DNA from: an uncultured Candidatus Saccharibacteria bacterium
Lineage (GTDB): Bacteria; Patescibacteriota; Saccharimonadia; Saccharimonadales; Saccharimonadaceae
Length of the DNA: 64,000 bases
NCBI GenBank assembly: GCA_964552765.1
Contig: CAZKIA010000001.1
Location: forward strand, 61,983-125,982
Reading direction: 5' to 3'
The translations under genes and the position numbers were made by a program. Positions 57,984-64,000 of this stretch are shown here, piece after piece (position 1 is the stretch's first letter; every line of letters begins with the position of its first letter). The notes beneath the pieces are model-generated. The model was given only the letters and a program-made list of their open reading frames with translations. It did no database searches and was not told where the DNA came from.

Positions 57984-58379
57984 TTATTTTTCCTTACGAT
58001 CATCGGCTTTAGCCATCTGCCATGGCCAGCGCCCTTCAATCTCCATCTGAAATTCAATGCTTAGGAAAGCTCGCACCAAAACGATCAGTGCTAAGACGAT
58101 CACCGAATCAAGACTAAGATCACCACCAACAGACCGAATAATATCACCAGCAACCAGGAATTCTAGTCCAATCAAGATGCTTCTTGCGAGGCTCCAGCGA
58201 TACGAATTATATAAATCTGTTGATTTTACATTATTAAAGAATTTTATTACTACACTAATAGTAGCAATTACTGCTCCAATCAAGATTGCAACGATACCAA
58301 TAAAATCTAAAAATAGTCCTATATTTTGTGTAAAATCTTGAAAGTTAAACATCGCATACGCAACCGCTACATCTTGCAT
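57984..58379 (-). CDS. DUF1622-family membrane protein
   Basis: LARSILIGLEFLVAGDIIRSV. Confidence 0.65.
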   Translation of the reverse strand: MQDVAVAYAMFNFQDFTQNIGLFLDFIGIVAILIGAVIATISVVIKFFNNVKSTDLYNSYRWSLARSILIGLEFLVAGDIIRSVGGDLSLDSVIVLALIVLVRAFLSIEFQMEIEGRWPWQMAKADDRKEK

Positions 58380-58464
58380 CTATATTCTCTCCTCATCATC
58401 GTATAATTGTTTATGCTTTTTCTCACTATAGCATAGCTACTACTCAAGATGATACTATTAACAC

Positions 58465-59385
58465 ATGCTACAGTACCTCTCCTCTACGATCGTTGATGCT
58501 CCTATCTCGGCCCAACCCGCATTAAAAGATGGTCAATGGATACGCTGCGAAAAACCAGATGAGGCCGAAACGGCTGAGCTTGTCGCCCTTGGGCTCGATG
58601 CCGATCTTATCAATGATGCACTCGATCCACATGAGGTACCACGTATCGAGCAAACCGATGGAGTACTGTATTTTATTACCCGCGTACCCGACGTTGGGGA
58701 TGCGTTTAACAGCTTCACGACACCAATCATGTTTGCGTTAACCGGCGATCATATCATCACATTGAGTCGTGATTCACTCGGGCGATTATGGCAGCCATTC
58801 ATTGACTCACAACGTATTACTACCCTTAAGCACCGGCAGCTGCTCCTGCTGATGCTCGACATGATCTCACAGCAATACTATTCTCGTGTCTCGGCTATCA
58901 ATCGCCAAACACGTGCCGCGACGTCAGACCTCGGCGCACTCGGTTCGCGCGATATTGCAACCCTTGTCGAATATGAACGCAAGCTCAATGATTACCTTGA
59001 CGCACTTATCCCTGCTAACGCTGCAACTGAGAAGTTGCTATCAGGAAAATTCCTCAAACTTACCGAAGACGACCGCGATCTTGTCGAAGACCTTTCGATT
59101 GACCTCGAACAAGTGATTGTCCGCTGTAAGAGCCTTCTGCGTACGATTACCAATGTTCGTGATAGCTATCGAGCTGTTATGGATACACGCCTGAACGAAA
59201 CAATTCGCCTACTAACCGTCATCACTCTTGCTGTCACAATTCCGACAATGATTTCCGGACTCTTTGGTATGAATGTCGCCCTGCCGTCAGTGGTTGAAAA
59301 CCCGGCAATGTTCTGGGCGATTGCAGCTGTGAGTATCTTCGTTAGTATGTGCCTGGTTTATTACTTCTTGCGGCGTCGACCATAG
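58465..59385 (+). CDS. corA: CorA-family magnesium/cobalt transporter
   Basis: It has the GMN motif (GLFGMNVALP) between two C-terminal TM helices. Confidence 0.9.
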   Translation: MLQYLSSTIVDAPISAQPALKDGQWIRCEKPDEAETAELVALGLDADLINDALDPHEVPRIEQTDGVLYFITRVPDVGDAFNSFTTPIMFALTGDHIITLSRDSLGRLWQPFIDSQRITTLKHRQLLLLMLDMISQQYYSRVSAINRQTRAATSDLGALGSRDIATLVEYERKLNDYLDALIPANAATEKLLSGKFLKLTEDDRDLVEDLSIDLEQVIVRCKSLLRTITNVRDSYRAVMDTRLNETIRLLTVITLAVTIPTMISGLFGMNVALPSVVENPAMFWAIAAVSIFVSMCLVYYFLRRRP

Positions 59386-59430
59386 ACAATTTGGCACCAA
59401 GCGCGCTATCCCGTACAATACAATGTCGGC

Positions 59431-60354
59431 ATGGATGATATAGCAACAACCGTTATCAAAGAGATTCATGGGTTTTTGGTCAAACCAAACTCAATGCGTT
59501 CGCTTTTGATTTTGATTATTTCTATCATTGTTGCGTACTGGCTTAGCGAATACGTTGCTCGGCTTATTATTCGTATCGCACAGTTTATCTCACTACGCTC
59601 TGACACCGCGACCAGCAATGATCGACGTATTATGCTCCGGCGCATTGAAACATATTTGAGTATTAGTATTGCCCTGATCCGAGCACTTGTCATTGGTGTT
59701 GTAGCATTTTATACCTGGCAACTGCTTAGCCCTGGTGCGAACTTGTCTGCTGCGACCATCGGAGCTAGTGCATTTTTCATCGTCATCGCAAGCGCCACTG
59801 TCGGGATGATCCTGCGCGACATTACTGCTGGTGCGGCCATGATTGCTGAGCGCTGGTTTCATGTTGGAGATTTTATTCGCATTGAACCATTTATGGACGT
59901 TGGCGGTGTTGTCGAGCGAATGACACTGCGATCCACCAAGCTTCGCAGCCTCAACGGTGAAGTCGTCTGGCTGCACAACCAACATATCCAGGGGGTCAAA
60001 GTAACACCGCGCGGATTACGCCGCATTGCGATTGATATTTTCGCTAACAACGAAAAAGTTGGCCGTAACATTATCGAAAAAGTCATTGCCGCAATGCCTG
60101 TTGGCACGCTCAAGCTTGCTTCCAAACCAGAAATTGTTGCTAGTGAAAAATGGGGTGAAAAATTATGGCATTTTGTAGTGGTCGGGGAGACAACTCCTGG
60201 CCGCGAATGGCTGATGGACAATTATTTTCTCAGCTCTCTCGAAGATGTCGACACCAGACGAAAAGGCCCTGCGACGTTTGTACGTAAACCCATCGCCCGC
60301 TATGCTGACGAATCCGCCGAACGCAGCTTTAAACGCGCAGTACGTATTGAGTAA
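59431..60354 (+). CDS. MscS-family mechanosensitive channel
   Basis: Three TM helices are followed by the beta-domain pattern GDFIRIE...GVVERMTLRSTKLRSLNGEVVWLHNQHI. Confidence 0.85.
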   Translation: MDDIATTVIKEIHGFLVKPNSMRSLLILIISIIVAYWLSEYVARLIIRIAQFISLRSDTATSNDRRIMLRRIETYLSISIALIRALVIGVVAFYTWQLLSPGANLSAATIGASAFFIVIASATVGMILRDITAGAAMIAERWFHVGDFIRIEPFMDVGGVVERMTLRSTKLRSLNGEVVWLHNQHIQGVKVTPRGLRRIAIDIFANNEKVGRNIIEKVIAAMPVGTLKLASKPEIVASEKWGEKLWHFVVVGETTPGREWLMDNYFLSSLEDVDTRRKGPATFVRKPIARYADESAERSFKRAVRIE

Positions 60355-60370
60355 TGTCTCATTAATAAAT

Positions 60371-61189
60371 TCAAAAATTATGTTGAGTAAAGACCGTAAT
60401 ACGCTCATCATGCCTCATCGCTAATCGTGCAAGTAGCACTGAGGATGAATGCATAGCATTTGGCGCAATAACTTCGGTAATATATGTCCCGTCAAAAAAT
60501 GTTGACCGTACCTTTAGGTTATCAAAAACAGATTTAGCACTAGAAAAACTATGATGATCTGTGCCCATATCTGCATTTGTAAACTCCAAAAGTTGTCTCG
60601 ATCGACGATAGAGCTCTCCTGTATCCCAATACACCCTTTCTTCGGGCTTTCGATTCTTACGTATCCAATCGCTCGCAGTCCATGATTGAAAGCTCTCAAA
60701 TATCGCTTTCTCAGCAGCACGTTCTCCGCTAGCTGAGCATCCGCCTCCAAGTACCGCAAAGGGATATTGCTGGCTATTTGTCATAATCGCACAAGCAACG
60801 TGATAACCCGGATCAATCGATTCAACATATCCCACACATACTGAATAATCTCCAGGAATTACAATCTTATTTTTACGAAGTATCAGTGCTATTTGTTCAT
60901 TACTAACTTGATCAACAAATGGTCGATCAAGTGCCCACCACGCAGCCAAGGATACTCTTTCGATTGCCTCCTCTCGGGAATTTTTTACTGATTCCTGCTT
61001 ATCAATATGTGCGGCCGAAGCAATAGCGAGGCCGCCACCAATTCCAGCTCGACCTTCCAGGTCCTCCATTAATGTCCGTACTTTTAATTCATCAACGTCA
61101 ACACCAGTAGCGCAGGGTCGAAAATCTTCTCCGTCCTCTAGCCTGACTGTCTTTACTGAAGAAAATGGGGTATCAATTATTTCATACAT
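60371..61189 (-). CDS. Truncated YcaO-like domain protein
   Basis: GIGGGLAIASA...SREEAIERVSLAAWW matches the YcaO block (NGxAAG...EA....E.iERDa...W). LGGGCSASGERAAEKAIFESFQSW matches the later block (fG.G.......Al.rAv.E..Q). The N-terminal YcaO block (GKG...A.aSAlgE..ER) is missing. The start is taken at MYEIID (ATG 61189); the track uses a GTG at 61228, which lies in a hairpin loop. Confidence 0.55.
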   Translation of the reverse strand: MYEIIDTPFSSVKTVRLEDGEDFRPCATGVDVDELKVRTLMEDLEGRAGIGGGLAIASAAHIDKQESVKNSREEAIERVSLAAWWALDRPFVDQVSNEQIALILRKNKIVIPGDYSVCVGYVESIDPGYHVACAIMTNSQQYPFAVLGGGCSASGERAAEKAIFESFQSWTASDWIRKNRKPEERVYWDTGELYRRSRQLLEFTNADMGTDHHSFSSAKSVFDNLKVRSTFFDGTYITEVIAPNAMHSSSVLLARLAMRHDERITVFTQHNF

Positions 61190-61209
61190 ATTTATAACAC
61201 GATTTTTTT

Positions 61210-61247
61210 GTTTGGGCTGGGCAGACACTAGTCCGCCCAGCCCAAAC
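61210..61247. repeat. 13-bp perfect inverted repeat at the left border of the high-GC island
   Basis: The arms are GTTTGGGCTGGGC (61210-61222) and GCCCAGCCCAAAC (61235-61247). The 12-nt loop contains ACTAGT. No T run follows it on either strand. Confidence 0.8.
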
Positions 61248-61258
61248 GATCTTGAGTC

Positions 61259-61762
61259 TCACCTGGCGATGAGGTTCGCCGGCGCAAGCGCCTGTGCGAA
61301 CGTGGCCTGCCACTCGGTTGCCTCGCTGAGGGCTTTGAGGGCACCGACGAACGCTTGCGTCAGAGCAGGATCTCGCCACAGCGATCCCTGCAATGAATCA
61401 CGCACGTCCATGCCCTGCAACTCCAGGCACGCCACCTCGACCAGGCCCCGCGCCTCAGAGATCATCTGCTGCTGCTCGCCGAAGTCAACTTCGGGCGAAC
61501 GAACAGATGACCAGAGAGAAGCGACAGTGCCAAGTGTGCTGACAGCATCGGAAAGCGCACGCATGCACGAGTCCAGGAGCTGAACAGCACAGACGACATC
61601 ACCATTCGACAGGACCGCCTCCTCGATTGCGACATTCGCCGCATAGAAGTTGGCCGACGCACCGAACAGTGACTTGCTGTAGCTCGCCAGTTCGGCGATG
61701 TACTCAGACATGAACTCGTCTGAGATACCACCGCCGCCTGGTGGGCAGTTGATTCCTCCCAT
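61259..61762 (-). CDS. Hypothetical all-helical protein (167 aa) encoded on a high-GC insert
   Basis: It is the longest ORF in the island. GGAGG lies 6 nt upstream of the ATG at 61762. Codon third positions are G/C-rich. Hand counts give 41/60 G+C for 61261-61320 and 38/60 for 61321-61380. Flanking lines give 27/60 (61081-61140) and 23/60 (61861-61920). Confidence 0.6.
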   Translation of the reverse strand: MGGINCPPGGGGISDEFMSEYIAELASYSKSLFGASANFYAANVAIEEAVLSNGDVVCAVQLLDSCMRALSDAVSTLGTVASLWSSVRSPEVDFGEQQQMISEARGLVEVACLELQGMDVRDSLQGSLWRDPALTQAFVGALKALSEATEWQATFAQALAPANLIAR

Positions 61763-61819
61763 AGCATACCTCCAAGGGAGATCGTGGGTACGACCAGGGA
61801 AGTCCCCTAATCTAATGAA

Positions 61820-61848
61820 ATGATACCAATTATTAAATTATTGGTCAA
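61820..61848 (-). promoter_or_regulatory. Sigma70-like promoter just upstream of the high-GC island
   Basis: On the minus strand, TTGACC (61843-61848) is followed by a 17-nt spacer and TATCAT (61820-61825). It lies in AT-rich native-looking DNA immediately after the ABC-F stop. Confidence 0.5.
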
Positions 61849-61853
61849 TAATA

Positions 61854-63464
61854 TTATGTAATCTTTACTTCATCGGTTATACCGATGTGACCTACAAAAT
61901 CACGATCATGTGAGACAAGTAACACCCCGCCTTTATAATCTCTTAGTGCCGTCTCTAACGCTTCTATGGTGGGAATATCTAAATTATTTGTCGGCTCATC
62001 AAGAATAAGTAGATTTGCATTATTCGCAGCGACTCCTGCCAGTAAAATTTTAGCGCGTTCACCACCACTCAACTCTTCTCCTGGCGTAGACTGCAAGACA
62101 TCTTTTTTGATATTGAATCTTAGCAATAAATTAATGGCTTCATGAAGTTCAAGAGAAGGAGCTAGATAACGAATATTATCGATTGCAGACTGATTAGGTA
62201 AGGGTAGTGTCTGATTCTGATCAATGTATATCATTCCTGCATTATTGTTTATGTGAACATCACCTACTACATTCTTATTGCGACCGGTAATTGCCCGTAA
62301 TATCGACGTCTTACCAGAACCATTTGCACCTGATAGCAATATCTTATCGCCTGATCGCAACGCAAACGATACAGGGCCTATAGGTTTACGGTCGTCATAT
62401 GATACCGTGAGATTTGATACAGTCAGTAGTGCCAACTTCTTGTTATCCTGCTCTTTGAACAAAAAGTTCAATGACACATCATCCTCTGGGCGCTCAGGCT
62501 CATCCAAATGTCCAAGCCTGGTGCTCATGCTACTTGCGGCACTCGCTAAGCCACTTGCTGCTTTTTCTTTACGAAAATGTGCTGTGAGCTTATCATTATC
62601 AGAGCTTGATCTATTTGAGCCTGCTGAATTCGCTTTTATTCGGGCGGCTTTTGCTGCGCGCTCAAGCCGCTTCTTCTCCTTCTCGTACTGTTCATATCGA
62701 TCAAATGTAGCTTGTTTGGCCTTTTCCCTCGCCTCAATATATTCGTCATATCCAAGGCCATATTGACGTACGCCCTGATCGCCACCCATCAACTCTATAA
62801 TTCGACTTGTTGCATTTCGCAAGAAGCGACGATCATGCGACACCATCACAAAAGCAGCATTCGATCCTGCAATAAACTTTTCTAAAACCACGACCCCTTT
62901 TTCGTCAAGATTATTTGTCGGTTCATCAAGTAATACGACGTCATAGCGCGACGCAAAAACTGCCGCAAGTGCAATGCGAGTGCGCTGACCACCTGAAAAA
63001 TTACCAATTTCTTTGCTAGTATCGATCGCTCCAATATCAGCACGCTTTAATGCTTTTTCAAGATTTGCTCCAAACGAAGCAACTTCAAATTTATCGTATC
63101 GCTCTAGCGCATCAGCATACAGAAGCAATGTTCGCTCGCTCGAATCACGTTCAAGATTTGCGCATTGCTCATCAAAACCTTCACGGGCATCCTTAACGCC
63201 CGTCACCTCTTCGATAAATCCATGAACGCTATGGTCAAGCCACTCACGCAAATCTTGTGGCAAAATACCAATTTCCTCCCTGACCTTAACTATCTCGCCA
63301 GAGGTTGGGATAAGATCGCCGTTAATAAGCTTCAAGAGCGTTGTCTTTCCAGCACCATTTGGGCCTACGAGACCTATTTTTTCACCACTATTTATAGAGA
63401 ATGAGATATCATGGATAATTTCCTGGCCTCCATGCTGATAGGAGACTTTTTTTAGATCAATCAT
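61854..63464 (-). CDS. ABC-F family ATPase (two ABC domains, no TM domain)
   Basis: It has two Walker A motifs (GPNGAGKTT, GANGSGKTS), two signatures (FSGGQRTR, LSGGERAK) and a charged inter-domain linker. Confidence 0.9.
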   Translation of the reverse strand: MIDLKKVSYQHGGQEIIHDISFSINSGEKIGLVGPNGAGKTTLLKLINGDLIPTSGEIVKVREEIGILPQDLREWLDHSVHGFIEEVTGVKDAREGFDEQCANLERDSSERTLLLYADALERYDKFEVASFGANLEKALKRADIGAIDTSKEIGNFSGGQRTRIALAAVFASRYDVVLLDEPTNNLDEKGVVVLEKFIAGSNAAFVMVSHDRRFLRNATSRIIELMGGDQGVRQYGLGYDEYIEAREKAKQATFDRYEQYEKEKKRLERAAKAARIKANSAGSNRSSSDNDKLTAHFRKEKAASGLASAASSMSTRLGHLDEPERPEDDVSLNFLFKEQDNKKLALLTVSNLTVSYDDRKPIGPVSFALRSGDKILLSGANGSGKTSILRAITGRNKNVVGDVHINNNAGMIYIDQNQTLPLPNQSAIDNIRYLAPSLELHEAINLLLRFNIKKDVLQSTPGEELSGGERAKILLAGVAANNANLLILDEPTNNLDIPTIEALETALRDYKGGVLLVSHDRDFVGHIGITDEVKIT

Positions 63465-63472
63465 ATAAACAT

Positions 63473-63500
63473 ATTATAATGTAATTTCGAATATTAACAA
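63473..63500 (-). promoter_or_regulatory. Promoter of the ABC-F gene with leaderless geometry
   Basis: On the minus strand, TTGTTA (63495-63500) is followed by a 16-nt spacer and TATAAT (63473-63478). The ATG follows after 8 nt. Confidence 0.55.
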
Positions 63501-63591
63501 CGGTCACTAACCACTAGGGAGAGGGTTCCGTCCGCCAGCTGGCGGATGCCGGGGTAGTCTAGCACAGACTGCCCGTTCGAATCCGCTCCAG

Positions 63592-63644
63592 GAGCCACGA
63601 AAAAAGCCGGTCTAACGACCGACTATTTCCGTGGCTCATTTTTA
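63592..63644. terminator. Nested hairpins forming a bidirectional terminator
   Basis: The outer stem GAGCCACG (63592-63599) / CGTGGCTC (63630-63637) is followed by ATTTTT on the plus strand. The inner stem GCCGGTC (63606-63612) / GACCGAC (63617-63623) is preceded by six A (63600-63605), which read as a T run on the minus strand. Confidence 0.55.
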
Positions 63645-63723
63645 CAACGAAGCTCGAACCTATTTTCAGCAAAATGCCTAAAGCTCGGCCCGCCGCCTAG
63701 CGCACGCAAGCGTGCGCTGCGCC

Positions 63724-63804
63724 CCGACAGAAAAACCCTTTGCATTTTTGAGATTTCCCCCCGCCGAATTTCTTTTGAATTAGGAAAAGGGATTTTTCTG
63801 TCGG
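63724..63804. repeat. Long inverted repeat (17 bp with one bulge) in the GC-rich intergenic region
   Basis: CCGACAGAAAAACCCTT (63724-63740) pairs with AAGGGATTTTTCTGTCGG (63787-63804). Neighbouring perfect hairpins lie at 63699-63718, 63810-63825 and 63841-63857. Confidence 0.8.
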
Positions 63805-63908
63805 TTCGCCTGCCCTTGAGGGCAGAGGCGGCGTGGCTCAGGGCGACACAGTCGCCCGCGTTTCGCGCAACCAAAACAGGGGCAATTTGCAAATAATCTA
63901 TAAAAGTG

Positions 63909-63937
63909 TTGACATAAGTTGTATTATTTGCTATACT
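63909..63937 (+). promoter_or_regulatory. Near-consensus sigma70 promoter reading out of the right edge (probable rRNA operon promoter)
   Basis: TTGACA (63909-63914) is followed by a 17-nt spacer and TATACT (63932-63937). An AT-rich UP-like tract lies upstream, and no ORF lies downstream within the window. Confidence 0.7.
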
Positions 63938-63955
63938 CATAGTTAGCCTAAGATT

Positions 63956-63969
63956 TTCTCTTTAAGCAA
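63956..63969 (+). promoter_or_regulatory. boxA-like antitermination element
   Basis: TTCTCTTTAAGCAA compares with the E. coli rrn boxA TGCTCTTTAACAA. It lies about 15 nt downstream of the predicted transcription start. Confidence 0.45.
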
Positions 63970-64000
63970 TTACTAACTTCCGCCCCTCTCTTGGAAGTAA

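Noticed and set aside
61212-61767. Alternative ORFs inside the high-GC island (61212..61583 plus strand, 61462..61767 and 61182..61379 minus strand)
   Set aside because: High GC suppresses stop codons in all frames. These frames give Arg/Ser/Cys/Pro-rich junk-like sequence and lack a well-spaced ribosome-binding site. The 167-aa frame has GGAGG at 6 nt.
63549-63597. tRNA-like elements: GCCGGGGTAGTCTAGC... and a GTTCGAATC T-loop motif followed by ...GAGCCA
   Set aside because: I could not build a cloverleaf. The putative T-stem arms (GCCCG / CCGCT) are not complementary, no acceptor stem pairs with the 3' end, and there is no anticodon arm.
63501-63900. tmRNA, RNase P RNA or SRP RNA as the identity of the structured region
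   Set aside because: - tmRNA: there is no GGGG...GGAUUCGAC 5' end and no T-arm/ACCA 3' end.
- RNase P: there is no GAGGAAAGUCCGGGC or ACAGAACCCGGCUUA in the correct order and spacing.
- SRP RNA: there is no GGAAGCAGC helix-8 motif.
- The region is kept only as an unclassified candidate.
63623-63940. 105-aa minus-strand ORF in the GC-rich intergenic region
   Set aside because: It runs through a consensus plus-strand promoter and a series of perfect hairpins. Its Arg/Ala/Gly-rich composition is a by-product of GC-rich palindromes, and no ribosome-binding site is present.
1-64000. Prophage, integrative element or transposon
   Set aside because: I recognised no integrase, transposase, recombinase, terminal inverted repeats or tRNA-flanked direct repeats. 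The only compositional island (61.2-61.8 kb) carries a single ORF and no mobility gene.

Overview
The window is a compact, gene-dense bacterial chromosome segment with about 65 protein genes, mostly on the minus strand, and short or overlapping gene junctions. Flanking DNA is in the low-to-mid 40s % G+C by hand count, and long ORFs read cleanly in the standard code. Gene content is reduced-genome housekeeping:
- Information processing: nusA, rplS, dnaE, uvrB, gatCAB, pheST.
- Central carbon: a tight gap-rpiB-rpe-split transketolase-pfkB-fba sugar-phosphate supraoperon.
- Stress and redox: rel/spoT, ppa, trxB, msrAB.
- Envelope and transport: one PilB/GspE ATPase, pilin-like surface proteins, and many small membrane proteins.

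By inference this looks like a Patescibacteria/CPR genome, possibly Saccharibacteria-like. I found no tRNA, rRNA, CRISPR array, integrase or transposase. A consensus TTGACA-17-TATACT promoter plus a boxA-like element at the right edge probably starts an rRNA operon outside the window.

Candidates worth a second look:
1. 60.4-61.8 kb: a sharply bounded ~600-bp high-GC island. It carries one 167-aa helical ORF with its own GGAGG ribosome-binding site. It sits between a native-looking promoter and a truncated YcaO-like gene, directly downstream of an ABC-F ATPase.
2. 63.5-63.9 kb: a ~400-bp gene-free, GC-rich, hairpin-dense region with a bidirectional terminator, possibly a structured ncRNA.
3. 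47.3-49.2 kb: a cassette of unrecognised genes, three translationally coupled plus one convergent, between msrAB and pheT.
4. Extra genes welded by overlapping stop/start codons into aminoacyl-tRNA operons: a membrane-anchored HEPN-like protein inside gatCAB and a serine hydrolase between pheS and pheT.
5. A recurrent TATACT/TATAAT box 6-9 nt upstream of many first-gene ATGs, suggesting widespread leaderless mRNAs.

All family assignments rest on motifs read by eye. No database search was run.
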